Below, in pieces: positions 47,993 to 58,048 of a stretch of DNA of 64,000 bases. The position numbers and the translations under genes are program-made. The notes under the pieces were generated by a model. It made no database searches. It was not told the DNA's origin and worked only from the letters and a program-made list of their open reading frames with translations. This DNA comes from Butyricicoccaceae bacterium (GTDB lineage: Bacteria > Bacillota > Clostridia > Oscillospirales > Acutalibacteraceae), in the NCBI GenBank assembly GCA_963638085.1, contig CAVHPJ010000010.1:1805-65804 (forward strand). The letters run 5' to 3'. Numbering within the stretch: the first letter of the stretch is position 1; each line of letters begins with the position of its first letter.

Positions 47993-49273
47993 TTACTCCT
48001 GTTCTACGGATTCCACGCGGCAATGAATTTTGCCGTCTGAAACCTGTACTGTCATATCTTCTTGCGGATGAACCACAGTAATACTTTGTACTACCCTGCC
48101 TTCCCGGTTAAACGAAAGACTATATCCTCTTGCCAATACCTTCAGCGGAGCAAAAGCGTCCAGCTTTCCGGCACAGACAGACAATTGCATGCGGCCTTTT
48201 TGCACCTGCGTTTCCACGGTGCGTTGCATGCTTTCTTCCCGGCGATGCAGTCTTTGCTGTTCCATCAGCACCCTGCTTTGCAACAGCTGGGTCATTTTAT
48301 CTGTCATGGCATCCAGCGCTAAGCGGCGTTCGTTGATGAGGGAAGTTAAGCTGCGCAAAACCGTACTGGAAGCCAGCGCGCTAACTTTGGTCCGGCTGTT
48401 TTTCAAATAAGAATTCATGCTACTGTGAAGCTTGGACTGCATCAGCAGCAGTTTTTCCATTTCTTCCAGGCGATCCGGGGTACACAGTTCTGCCGCTGCA
48501 GACGGCGTTGGTGCCCGTAGGTCGGACACAAAATCCACAATGGTAAAATCTGTTTCGTGTCCGACACCGGTGACCACCGGCGTATGTAGGTCAAAAACAG
48601 TACGGGCCACGCGTTCGTCATTGAAGCACCAAAGGTCTTCCATGGACCCGCCGCCGCGTACCAAAAGAATGACGTCCGGATGCCGGCTGTCCAGTTCCCG
48701 CAGTGCACTACAAATTTGCAAAGGAGCGCTGTTTCCCTGTACCAGACAAGGTGCCAGCAACACTTCTGCCTGTGGCCAGCGGCGGCGCAGGACGTTGCAA
48801 ACGTCCTGGAACGCGGCCCCAGTTGGAGAGGTGGCCACTCCTATTTTTTGGGGATATTCTGGCAACGGCTTTTTATACCGGTCATCAAAAAGGCCTTCTT
48901 TTCCTAATCTTTCCTTTAGCTGTTCAAAGGCAAGGCTTAGGGCGCCAAGGCCATCCGGCTGCATGTTGTCAATATAAAATTGATATTGCCCGCTGGCGGC
49001 ATAAACGGAAACCGAGCCAAAGCAGATAACCTTCATACCATCTTCCGGCAAAAACGGTAAGCGTACCGCATTGTTATGGAACATAACCGCTTTTATCTGC
49101 GAGTCTTTTTCTTTCAGAGTCAAATAAAAGTGGCCGCTACGGACATGATTGTTGAAATTGGAAATTTCTCCAACCAAAAAAATATGCTTGAGTCTATAAT
49201 CCGCATCTAAGACGGATTTAATATACGTATTTAACTGACTGACAGTCAGCACCTGAGGGGTTGCGGATTCCAT
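47993..49273 (-). CDS. xseA: Exodeoxyribonuclease VII large subunit
   Basis: OB-fold N-terminus (VSQLN.YIK..L), catalytic core (RGGGS.EDLW.FN) and a coiled C-terminus. Confidence 0.95.
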   Translation of the reverse strand: MESATPQVLTVSQLNTYIKSVLDADYRLKHIFLVGEISNFNNHVRSGHFYLTLKEKDSQIKAVMFHNNAVRLPFLPEDGMKVICFGSVSVYAASGQYQFYIDNMQPDGLGALSLAFEQLKERLGKEGLFDDRYKKPLPEYPQKIGVATSPTGAAFQDVCNVLRRRWPQAEVLLAPCLVQGNSAPLQICSALRELDSRHPDVILLVRGGGSMEDLWCFNDERVARTVFDLHTPVVTGVGHETDFTIVDFVSDLRAPTPSAAAELCTPDRLEEMEKLLLMQSKLHSSMNSYLKNSRTKVSALASSTVLRSLTSLINERRLALDAMTDKMTQLLQSRVLMEQQRLHRREESMQRTVETQVQKGRMQLSVCAGKLDAFAPLKVLARGYSLSFNREGRVVQSITVVHPQEDMTVQVSDGKIHCRVESVEQE

Positions 49274-49284
49274 AGGTATCCTCC

Positions 49285-50256
49285 TTAGGAACGTTCTTGC
49301 AAAGCGGCAAGTACAGCAATACCGGCTGCATTGTCCGCAGAAAAGACCGGTTCTGCAAAGCTGCAGTCAAAGCGGTGCAGGAAATCCTGACGGATGATGC
49401 TGTTGCTCATGACACCACCGGAAAAAACTAAATGCTTTTCAGGATACGCCTGTAACAGAGCAGTTGCCATGGCAGCCAAAGATTCTTTAACATAAGTCAG
49501 ACAATAAAGTGCAATATCTTCCGGTGCTTCTCCGGTCTGTAACAGCTTTTGACATTGGTTTTCCACACCGGACAGGCTGCAATTTAAGCCTTTGGCAGAT
49601 GGATGCACCTTATAGGTTTTTGTTGATTGTAACGCCAAGCGTTCCAGTTCCGGACCGGCCGGAAACGAAAGGCCCAGCATAACGCCGACACGGTCTATAG
49701 CCATACCGGCCTTTAAGTCAGAAGAGGTGCCAAGAAGAGTTGCTTCCAGCGGCACTTCTTTTCCTTTTTGTACCAGTAAACTTTCGGTGGTTCCACCACT
49801 GACATGAAAGGCCAGAAACTCTTTTCCTATTAAATCCAAACGGCCGGCAGAATACAACGCTGCGGCAATATGGCCTTCCTGGTGAGAAAACGAAAACAGC
49901 GGAACGCCAAGCATAGCGGCAAGGCTTTCGGCGGTATGCTGCCCCACGGTAAAGCAAGGCATATAGGAGCCGCTGACCCTTCTTGGCCGGTCCGAAACGC
50001 CGACCGCTTTTAACAGTAACCCTGCGGGACGGTCTTCCGGAAGAACACCTGCCGTCCGGCACTCTGACAGCAAGTCCGTCAGCAGGACGGACAGCTGTTG
50101 TGTGTGGTGGAAAACGGCATCGCTTTGGCGAATACCCTTTTCCCCCTGCCGAACCGGAAGCAGTTTCTTCTTCTGGAAGACCTTCCCGGTTGCTGTGTCA
50201 TACAGTGCCACAGACGTGGTGTAATTACTGGTATCTATCCCAAGATAAAGGCTCAT
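49285..50256 (-). CDS. Kae1/TsaD (peptidase M22, ASKHA-fold) family paralog
   Basis: LGIDTSNYTTSVAL start and the SHQEGH metal-binding motif. ATGA overlap with nusB. It is shorter and more divergent than canonical TsaD. Confidence 0.7.
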   Translation of the reverse strand: MSLYLGIDTSNYTTSVALYDTATGKVFQKKKLLPVRQGEKGIRQSDAVFHHTQQLSVLLTDLLSECRTAGVLPEDRPAGLLLKAVGVSDRPRRVSGSYMPCFTVGQHTAESLAAMLGVPLFSFSHQEGHIAAALYSAGRLDLIGKEFLAFHVSGGTTESLLVQKGKEVPLEATLLGTSSDLKAGMAIDRVGVMLGLSFPAGPELERLALQSTKTYKVHPSAKGLNCSLSGVENQCQKLLQTGEAPEDIALYCLTYVKESLAAMATALLQAYPEKHLVFSGGVMSNSIIRQDFLHRFDCSFAEPVFSADNAAGIAVLAALQERS

Positions 50257-50654
50257 GCTTCTGTCCTGGAAAGAGTTCCCAAAATGCCGTTAATAAAAGA
50301 GCTGTCCTCTTTTCCGGCGTATTTTTTAGCCAATTCTACGGCTTCATTTATGGTAACGCCTACCGGAACTTCTTCAAAATAAAGAATTTCCGTAATGGCC
50401 AACCGGAGAATGGCAAGGGATACCTTGCTCATGCGATCCAGTGTCCAGCCTACGGCATAGGTTGTAATTTTGTTATCCAGCTCTTCCTGATGCGCTTTGG
50501 CAGTAGTTACCAGCTGTTCTGTAAAAACGGATGGCTCAATATATTCGGAATCCAGTCCAAGTTGCATTAACTCTGTGGCTTCCAGCTCCGGCTGAAATAA
50601 TTGTTCAAACAACAGCAGAAAAGCCTGCTCCCGTTCTTGACTTCTGGTCAGCAT
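50253..50654 (-). CDS. nusB: Transcription antitermination factor NusB
   Basis: SQEREQAFLLLFE ... RLAITEILYF..VP..V.INEAVELAK. The ATG at 50654 follows a GGGGG RBS. The upstream ORF extension runs through a terminator hairpin. Confidence 0.9.
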   Translation of the reverse strand: MLTRSQEREQAFLLLFEQLFQPELEATELMQLGLDSEYIEPSVFTEQLVTTAKAHQEELDNKITTYAVGWTLDRMSKVSLAILRLAITEILYFEEVPVGVTINEAVELAKKYAGKEDSSFINGILGTLSRTEA

Positions 50655-50670
50655 AATTTTGTACCCCCAT

Positions 50671-50713
50671 AATAAAAAAGGCCCTTCAAAACCGATATTC
50701 AGTTTGGAAGGGC
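50671..50713 (-). terminator. Intrinsic terminator between the Asp23-like gene and nusB
   Basis: On the minus strand: GCCCUUCCAAA...UUUGAAGGGC (one bulge) followed by CUUUUUUAUUAU. Confidence 0.7.
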
Positions 50714-50742
50714 ATCTGGATCTGGATTGATTCATTCAGATT

Positions 50743-51141
50743 TCAAGGTTCTTTGACTTCAAAGGAAAGATCCGCTTCCGGTTCTTCCGCTTCCTTGTCT
50801 ATTCCGGTAATGGTAATATCCACCCGCGTTACTAAGCGGCCGGTAATATTCTGGATGGTCTTTTTTACCGCTTTTTGTACTTCGGAAGAAACATCCTGAA
50901 TTTTGGCATTCGGTGCCAGAGTCAGATAAAGATGCACTTTAATATCAAAATCCGACGAGGAGACTTTACAATGACGAAGCTCATTGGTAGTCGGCTTAAA
51001 AGCAGTCATAAGATCTACCGGGCAATTTCCGAGACCGGCTACGCCGGCAACATCCTTGGCAGCATTGACCGCAATGGAAGCAATTACTTCTTCGGAAATA
51101 ATGCATTCGGTTTTGAGACCGGAGTTGTAATTTGTTGGCAT
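50743..51141 (-). CDS. Asp23/Gls24 family envelope stress protein
   Basis: ISEEVIASIAVNAAKDVAGV... is typical of Asp23. AAGGAGG lies 7 nt before the ATG at 51141. Confidence 0.85.
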   Translation of the reverse strand: MPTNYNSGLKTECIISEEVIASIAVNAAKDVAGVAGLGNCPVDLMTAFKPTTNELRHCKVSSSDFDIKVHLYLTLAPNAKIQDVSSEVQKAVKKTIQNITGRLVTRVDITITGIDKEAEEPEADLSFEVKEP

Positions 51142-51274
51142 GGCAACCCCTCCTTTTCTTTCCTGAAAACTTACAGACATTTTAGCATAAAGCCTTGCGT
51201 TTCTCAACATTTATTGAAGTCAGAAGGCCGTTTTGTTATACTTACAATAATGTTGAATTAAAGTAGGTACCAGT

Positions 51275-54178
51275 ATGAAACAACAAAGTCAAAAAGCGCT
51301 TCGGCAGGCTAAAACCAAACGGCGCAGAGAAGGAAAATTCTATCAGTTGTGTTTTTCCAACCGGTATGTTTTACTCTCTTTTGCCTGCAGTGTCCTCATC
51401 AGCCTGATTGTTGCTTATAGCTACAGCATGTGGCCGTTCGGGGACATTTCCATTCTCCGAATGGACTTATACCATCAGTACGGTCCCTTGTTTGGAGAAC
51501 TGTATGACAGACTGACGTCCCTTGATTTTTCAAGTTACTCCTGGGAGTCCGGCGGCGGCGGATTGTGGCTCGGAAACTTTTTCAATTACCTGTCCAGCCC
51601 TTTGTCCTTTTTGGTTTTGCTGTTCGGACATGCCAAGGTACCACAGTTTGTCGGTTTCCTGATTTTTCTGAAAGCATCCCTGGCTGCCGCAGCTTTTACC
51701 TATTACCTAAAGGCATCCGAACAGTTTAAAATGCACAATCCGGTCAGCGCCGGACTGGGTCTGCTGTATGCTTGGAGTGCCTGGTTTGTAGCTTATTACT
51801 GGAACGTCATGTGGTTGGATGGCATGATTCTCCTACCACTTATCATCTTAGGGCTGGAAAAGCTGGTTAATGGAAAAACACCATGGCTGTATGTTGTTAC
51901 GCTAACCCTGTTAGTCCTGTCCTCTTATTACATGTGCTACATTATTGCTCTGTTCTGCATGATTTACTTTGTCATGTACTACTTAAGCAATCATGAGCTG
52001 GACCGGCAGTTCGTGCGCCAGGCCCTGCGGTGTTTCCTGTATGCGTTGCTGGCCATCGGCCTATCGGCCTTTGCCATTCTCCCGCTATACTTCACTTTAA
52101 AAGGAACTTATGCCACTTCCGGCACCTTCCCTACCACTGCTTCCACCTACTTCAACTTCTTTGACTACATTGTAAACCACTTCTCCAGCCTGGAGCCGAC
52201 CATCCGGTCCAGCGGAGACAACGTACTACCCAACGTATATTGCGGTGTGCTTTCCATTCTTACCCTGATACTGTACTTTTATATACCAAGCATTCCGTTA
52301 CGTAAAAAAGTAGCTCGCATGGTAGTGATAGCCTTCTACTACTTTTCCTTCAACCTGAACATGCTGAACTATATCTGGCATGGATTCCATTACCCGAATG
52401 ATTTACCCTATCGCCAGTCCTTTACCTACATTTTCCTGTTACTGGTTATTGCAGCAGACACGGTTCGGCACATTCATGAAATAAAGGGGCGGGACATTCT
52501 AACGGTTGCGCTTCTGACCGGTGCTTTCCTGGTACTGGCAGAAAAACTTGGTTCTGCCAACCTCAGCAGTAGCACCATTTTGCTCAGCCTGGTCTTTGTT
52601 ATTGTCTACGCCATTGTCCTGGCACTGTTCCACAATCCGAAATTTAAGGAATCTGCTGTAGCAGCGCTTTTGTTTGTTGCTCTCTTTGCTGAGGTTACTG
52701 TCAGTGACGTAACCCACTTTGAAATTGACCAACCGGTCAGCAATTATGCCGGACAATATGAAGAAATGCAGCAATGTCTGGAGTATACAGAAAAGCAGGA
52801 CCGTTCCGGTGCTTATCGGACAGAAATTACCGGACCAACGCGAATTATGGAGCCCTGCTGGTATGGATACCGTGGCATTTCCTGCTTCTCTTCCATGGCT
52901 TCTGAAAAAGTGTCCAACCTGCAATATAATTTAGGATTGCGCAGTAACTACGTTAATAGTTATACCTATCACCTGCAGACGCCGGTTTATAATATGATGT
53001 TCGGCATCAAGTACATCATCAACAATGATGTATCTAACACCGCCATAAACACGGCTTATTTTGATCAGATTGGGCACACCGCCAACATGGAAATTTGGAA
53101 AAACCGATATACTCTTCCACTGGCCTATGCTGTAAATCAATCGGCAGAAGATTGGAATTACTATTCCACCAATGCCTTTACCGTACAAGCAGATTATTTT
53201 GAACGTGCCACCGGTGTTTCTGACGTCTTTACCAATGTACCGGTAGACTCTGTTACTTATGACAATGTCATTGCCTTCACGCAGGATTTAAGTTCCGGCA
53301 ATTATGTCTATCATAAGGCCAATACCAAGGAAGATGCCACTTTCACTGCCAATATTCCAGTAGCAGAATCGCAAAACTATTATGTTTATGTATCCAGTCG
53401 TGGTTTGGATACAGTTACAATTTCTAACGAAAATGAATCTGTATCGCAGTCTGTAGACCCATCTGAGCCATATATTGTAGACATGGGTGTACTGGACAAG
53501 GGGGACACCATCCACGTGGAATGTCCGTGTTCCGAAGATTCCTCTACTGTAGAAATCTATGTTGTTTACGTCAACGAAGAAAAGTTGCAAAAAGGATATG
53601 AGGTTCTGAACGATAACGGTGCCATGCAGATTGAAACCTGGAAAGACACCTACGTCAAAGGAACTGTAACCATTGGGCAAAACGAAGACCTGTTCACCTC
53701 TATCAACTATGATGCCGGATGGTCTGTTTATGTTGATGGCAAAGAGGTTTCTGCAGACAAGCTCTTCAAATACGGAGATGCCTTAATTGGTGTAAAAATG
53801 GATCCGGGCTCCCATACCGTGGAATTTAAATTCCGTGCACAAGGGTATCGCCTTGGACTCCTGATCAGCGGAGTTACCCTGCTTGGAATCTTGCTCTTTA
53901 CCCTACTTCTTCCGTACCTGCGGAAGAAAACCGGAAAAGAACTCCGCTTCCCCAAGCACAAAAAATCCGGAGCCAAAGGAAAGCCAAAAATAACCAAAAA
54001 GAGTTCTACCCGTAAGCAGGAACCAATCCCCATGTCCAAAACCCGCGCTGCCGCATTGCAAGAGCAAGAAGCACGGCAGCAGCAATCTATGCTGCTGCAA
54101 CAGCCACAGGCACAGCAGAGATACTTTCAGGACATCCCAATTGCTAAATCGCCTGAGGAAACAACACCAAAAGAATAA
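51275..54178 (+). CDS. YfhO family membrane protein (GT-C-like glycosyltransferase) with a Lys- and Gln-rich C-terminal tail
   Basis: About 13 N-terminal TM, a large extracytoplasmic domain and a terminal TM over 967 aa. This matches the YfhO architecture. Confidence 0.75.
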   Translation: MKQQSQKALRQAKTKRRREGKFYQLCFSNRYVLLSFACSVLISLIVAYSYSMWPFGDISILRMDLYHQYGPLFGELYDRLTSLDFSSYSWESGGGGLWLGNFFNYLSSPLSFLVLLFGHAKVPQFVGFLIFLKASLAAAAFTYYLKASEQFKMHNPVSAGLGLLYAWSAWFVAYYWNVMWLDGMILLPLIILGLEKLVNGKTPWLYVVTLTLLVLSSYYMCYIIALFCMIYFVMYYLSNHELDRQFVRQALRCFLYALLAIGLSAFAILPLYFTLKGTYATSGTFPTTASTYFNFFDYIVNHFSSLEPTIRSSGDNVLPNVYCGVLSILTLILYFYIPSIPLRKKVARMVVIAFYYFSFNLNMLNYIWHGFHYPNDLPYRQSFTYIFLLLVIAADTVRHIHEIKGRDILTVALLTGAFLVLAEKLGSANLSSSTILLSLVFVIVYAIVLALFHNPKFKESAVAALLFVALFAEVTVSDVTHFEIDQPVSNYAGQYEEMQQCLEYTEKQDRSGAYRTEITGPTRIMEPCWYGYRGISCFSSMASEKVSNLQYNLGLRSNYVNSYTYHLQTPVYNMMFGIKYIINNDVSNTAINTAYFDQIGHTANMEIWKNRYTLPLAYAVNQSAEDWNYYSTNAFTVQADYFERATGVSDVFTNVPVDSVTYDNVIAFTQDLSSGNYVYHKANTKEDATFTANIPVAESQNYYVYVSSRGLDTVTISNENESVSQSVDPSEPYIVDMGVLDKGDTIHVECPCSEDSSTVEIYVVYVNEEKLQKGYEVLNDNGAMQIETWKDTYVKGTVTIGQNEDLFTSINYDAGWSVYVDGKEVSADKLFKYGDALIGVKMDPGSHTVEFKFRAQGYRLGLLISGVTLLGILLFTLLLPYLRKKTGKELRFPKHKKSGAKGKPKITKKSSTRKQEPIPMSKTRAAALQEQEARQQQSMLLQQPQAQQRYFQDIPIAKSPEETTPKE

Positions 54179-54201
54179 TGTTTGACCTGTCCTGTATCAG
54201 G

Positions 54202-54238
54202 CATAAAAACAGAGCCCGCTGCTTTTGCAACGGGCTCT
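54202..54238 (-). terminator. Rho-independent terminator after glyA
   Basis: On the minus strand: AGAGCCCG-(12 nt)-CGGGCUCU followed by GUUUUUAUG. Confidence 0.75.
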
Positions 54239-54259
54239 TGTCATGTTATAAGTTTTGCA

Positions 54260-55513
54260 TTAGTCCTGATAAATTGGGTACTTGGCAACCAGTTCGGCAA
54301 CCTTAGCAGCAACTTCATCCTTTTTGTTTTCAAAGTCTGTGGCTACTGCCCAGATGCATTCGGCAATCGGCTTCATGTCCTCTTCCTTCATGCCTCTGGT
54401 GGTAACGGCTGCAGTACCGATACGAACACCGGACGTAACAAACGGAGAACGCGGATCATTCGGGATGGCGTTCTTGTTTAATGTAATGTGTACTTCGTCA
54501 CAGTTATTCTGCAATACCTTACCTGTAACTTCATCTAGGTTAGTCAGGTCGACCAAAACCAGGTGGTTTTCAGTACCATTGGAAACCAGCTTAAAGCCAC
54601 AATTCATTAAGGCGTCACCAAGGGCTTTGGTGTTCTTCAAAATCTGTGCCTGATAGTCCTTAAATTCCGGTTTCAAAGCTTCCCCAAAGCAAACTGCCTT
54701 AGAAGCAATAACGTGCTCTAATGGGCCACCCTGGGTGCCTGGGAACACATACTTGTTAAAGTTGTATTTCTTAGCCACTTCTTCCGAAGCAAGAATCAGG
54801 CCACCCCGTGGACCCCGCAGGGTTTTGTGCGTGGTTGTAGTAGTAACGTCTGCATACGGAATGGGACTTGGGTGAAGTCCGGCAGCTACCAGACCGGCGA
54901 TGTGCGCCATATCTACCCAAAGAACAGCACCACATTTATCAGCAATTTCACGGAACCGAGCAAAGTCAATGATCCGCGGATAAGCAGAAGCACCGGCAAC
55001 AATCATCTTGGGCTTGTGTTCCATTGCCAGCCGTTCTACTTCGTCATAATCTATGAAGCCTTCGTCATTAATGCCGTACGGTACAATGTTGAAATATAAT
55101 CCGGAGAAGTTTGCCGGAGACCCATGGGTCAGGTGTCCACCTGCATCCAGGCTCATGCCAAGGATGGTATCTCCCGGTTTACAGATGGCCATAGTAACAG
55201 CCATGTTGGCCTGCGCACCGGAGTGTGGCTGAACATTAGCATATTCTGCGCCAAACAGCTTGCAGGCGCGGTCTATGGCCAGTGTTTCCAGCTCGTCAAT
55301 GTGTTCACATCCGCCGTAAAAACGTTTTCCGGCATATCCCTCCGCATACTTATTGGTCAGAACAGAGCCCATAGCAAGCATGGCTGGTTCGGAAATAATG
55401 TTTTCCGAAGCAATCAGCTCAATGGTATTACACTGACGTTCGTATTCGGCTTTAATACCGGCACCAACTTCAGGATCATGTTCGGCAATGTAATCCATGA
55501 TTTCTTTCAACAT
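54260..55513 (-). CDS. glyA: Serine hydroxymethyltransferase
   Basis: [17 protein letters not shown] site. GGAG lies 8 nt before the ATG at 55513 (MLKEIMDYI). The GTG extension is rejected. Confidence 0.97.
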   Translation of the reverse strand: MLKEIMDYIAEHDPEVGAGIKAEYERQCNTIELIASENIISEPAMLAMGSVLTNKYAEGYAGKRFYGGCEHIDELETLAIDRACKLFGAEYANVQPHSGAQANMAVTMAICKPGDTILGMSLDAGGHLTHGSPANFSGLYFNIVPYGINDEGFIDYDEVERLAMEHKPKMIVAGASAYPRIIDFARFREIADKCGAVLWVDMAHIAGLVAAGLHPSPIPYADVTTTTTHKTLRGPRGGLILASEEVAKKYNFNKYVFPGTQGGPLEHVIASKAVCFGEALKPEFKDYQAQILKNTKALGDALMNCGFKLVSNGTENHLVLVDLTNLDEVTGKVLQNNCDEVHITLNKNAIPNDPRSPFVTSGVRIGTAAVTTRGMKEEDMKPIAECIWAVATDFENKKDEVAAKVAELVAKYPIYQD

Positions 55514-55537
55514 AACAGACACTCCAAACTTTTAATT

Positions 55538-56218
55538 TTATTCTGCTGTAATTTCCTCTGCAGGAGCTTTATCCGCACCGGTTTTTTTCCGCAGCCACAG
55601 AATAATGGCAGGTTCCTTTTCTTCAATGGACGGATCAATCGGCAACAGAAGCTTCTGTGCAATAAAGAATACCACAGTTTGTACCAAACCGGCAGGCAAA
55701 ATGCAAATAACGCGAGCCAGCGGATTCAGCCAGGCAACACCCCAGCTTAAAATCCACGGGTAACATACGCCTTGCAGCCAAGTGGTAAAAAGAATGGTGG
55801 CAACCATGATAACAAAATACAGAATAAAGTGCCAGCGCGGTGCGGAGGACTTAAAGGTGTATTTCTTATTCATGATATACACAAAGATATTTGCCGCAAT
55901 ATTGGCAAGAAAGAACGGCAACATATATCCCCATGTAACAGTCAGACCATGCGCACCCTCCACAACGTATCTGTCATAATCCCGCAGCCCAGCAGCCGTA
56001 GTGGTGTCAAACAGCGTATTTACGTCATAAAGGAAATCCAGCCATCCGGGAAGTGCGGTTTGCAGCGGATTGAAAACCAACGGCAGCAAATATTGCAATA
56101 CCGTTTGAATGACGCCGCCTGCTAAGCCGAACAGGCACATGCTGACAATTTGCAAAAGAACTAAGACGCCCTTAGACGGGCTTTTCTTTGCTTCTTTGCT
56201 TTTGCTTTCATTTCCCAT
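55538..56218 (-). CDS. GtrA-like four-TM membrane protein with an inserted loop
   Basis: Four hydrophobic helices and a (I/V)xNKKYTFKS motif after TM2, resembling the GtrA-family N(F/Y)xxxRxxxF motif. The N- and C-termini are charged. Confidence 0.55.
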   Translation of the reverse strand: MGNESKSKEAKKSPSKGVLVLLQIVSMCLFGLAGGVIQTVLQYLLPLVFNPLQTALPGWLDFLYDVNTLFDTTTAAGLRDYDRYVVEGAHGLTVTWGYMLPFFLANIAANIFVYIMNKKYTFKSSAPRWHFILYFVIMVATILFTTWLQGVCYPWILSWGVAWLNPLARVICILPAGLVQTVVFFIAQKLLLPIDPSIEEKEPAIILWLRKKTGADKAPAEEITAE

Positions 56219-56240
56219 ACTTCATGTCTCCTTGTCTCTT

Positions 56241-56780
56241 TTACTTAAAGAAAAGAGGCAAAGGTTCCAGGTAAGTAATATCTTCCCGATCTGCAGCGTC
56301 CCCTTCTGCCAGGATGGCAGCCCGGCCAACAATATTGGCACCGGCCTTGTTAATCAGGTTCTCCACTGCACTTAAGGATTCCCCTGTAGAAATAACGTCA
56401 TCTACAATCAGAACCCGTTTTCCGGAAATAGCATCTGCTTCCGTTTTATCCATATACAGATGCTGAACATGAGCTGTGGTAATGGAACGAACTTCTACGC
56501 CGAAGGCTTCTGTCATATACAGCTTTACGCCTTTCCGAACAACGTAATACGGCTTCCCTGCCTGCTTGGCCATTTCATAACCCAAAGGAATGCCTTTGGC
56601 TTCCGGGGTTACAATGTAGTCAAATTCAGGGCAGCGCTTCAGCAATTCCGTTGCAGCTGCTACCGTCAGCTCTACATCGCCAAAAATAACAAATGCTGCA
56701 ATGTCCAGATGTTCATTAACCGGACAAATAGGAAGATGCCGTTCCAGACCGGCAATGGTCATGTCATACGTTTTACCCAT
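56241..56780 (-). CDS. Type I purine phosphoribosyltransferase family protein (Apt/Xpt-like)
   Basis: RVLIVDDVISTGESL PRPP-binding loop and a YIVTPEAKGIPLG hood region. Confidence 0.75.
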   Translation of the reverse strand: MGKTYDMTIAGLERHLPICPVNEHLDIAAFVIFGDVELTVAAATELLKRCPEFDYIVTPEAKGIPLGYEMAKQAGKPYYVVRKGVKLYMTEAFGVEVRSITTAHVQHLYMDKTEADAISGKRVLIVDDVISTGESLSAVENLINKAGANIVGRAAILAEGDAADREDITYLEPLPLFFK

Positions 56781-56832
56781 AAAAATGAGCCTCTTTCCTT
56801 AAAAAATTTCCAAGTAACAGGATACCATATTC

Positions 56833-58020
56833 TTAGTGATGGAACAACCGCATTCCGGTCATAGCCATGACCATCCCTAGCTCGTTGCATTTCTCAATGA
56901 CGGCGTCGTCCCGGATGGATCCACCCGGCTGGGCAACGTAAGTTACGCCGGAGCGGTACGCACGTTCAATGTTATCAGAGAATGGGAAAAACGCATCAGA
57001 ACCAATAGAAACGCCGTTCAGCGTCTTTAAATAGGCAAGGCGTTCTTCTCTGGTAAACGGTGCCGGACGCTCTGAGAACAGGCGCTGCCATTGTCCGTCT
57101 GCCAGTACGTCATCCGCATCTTCCGACAAATAAAGGTCAATGGCATTGTCTCTATCCGGACGGCGTACGGTGTCTAAGAACGGCAGGTTCAGGACACGGT
57201 CACTCTGACGCAGGTGCCATTTATCTGCTTTATCCCCGGCCAGGCGGGTGCAATGGATCCGGGACTGCTGTCCGGCGCCTACCCCAATTGCCTGTCCATC
57301 TTCGGCATAACAAACCGAGTTGGACTGCGTATATTTCAAGGTGATCAAAGCAATAATCAGATCCCGCTTGGCAGCATTCGGCAGGTCTTTCTTTTCCGTT
57401 ACAATGTCATTCAGCAAAGATTCGTCAATGCGGAACTCATTTCTTCCCTGTTCAAAGGAAACTCCATAAACCTGCTTCGTTTCCTTCGGAGCCGGTACAT
57501 AATCCGGATCAATCTGAACAATATTATAATTTCCTTTTTTCTTGCTCTTCAGAATTTCCAGGGCCTCTGGATCGTAACCCGGTGCAATAATGCCATCTGA
57601 AACTTCGCGCTGAATCAGTTTGGCGGCGGTAACATCGCAAGGATCGGACAGGGCGATCCAGTCCCCAAATGAAGACATCCGGTCGGTTCCTCTTGCACGC
57701 GCATAGGCAGTAGCAATTGGAGAGTCATCCAGTCCTTCAATGTCATCTACAAAGCAGGCTTTTTTCAAAGCATCTGACATTGGGATACCAACCGCGGCAG
57801 AGGTCGGGCTAACGTGCTTAAAAGAAGTGGCTGCCGGCATGTTTAATACCGATTTGATTTCTTTTACCAGCTGATAGGAATTGAAGGCATCCAGGAAGTT
57901 AATGTAACCCGGACGGCCGTTTAAAATAGTAATGGGCAAATCAGATCCATCCTGCATATAGATACGGGACGGCTTTTGGTTCGGATTGCATCCGTATTTC
58001 AATTCAAATTCTTTCATGGA
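56833..58020 (-). CDS. purH: Phosphoribosylaminoimidazolecarboxamide (AICAR) formyltransferase, AICARFT domain only
   Basis: LKYGCNPNQ start and a C-terminal ...MRLFHH end typical of PurH, with no MGS/IMPCH domain. AAGGAG lies 8 nt before the ATG at 58020. Confidence 0.85.
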   Translation of the reverse strand, partial: SMKEFELKYGCNPNQKPSRIYMQDGSDLPITILNGRPGYINFLDAFNSYQLVKEIKSVLNMPAATSFKHVSPTSAAVGIPMSDALKKACFVDDIEGLDDSPIATAYARARGTDRMSSFGDWIALSDPCDVTAAKLIQREVSDGIIAPGYDPEALEILKSKKKGNYNIVQIDPDYVPAPKETKQVYGVSFEQGRNEFRIDESLLNDIVTEKKDLPNAAKRDLIIALITLKYTQSNSVCYAEDGQAIGVGAGQQSRIHCTRLAGDKADKWHLRQSDRVLNLPFLDTVRRPDRDNAIDLYLSEDADDVLADGQWQRLFSERPAPFTREERLAYLKTLNGVSIGSDAFFPFSDNIERAYRSGVTYVAQPGGSIRDDAVIEKCNELGMVMAMTGMRLFHH

Positions 58021-58048
58021 TTTTTCTCCTTTTATTATCAAAACAAAA

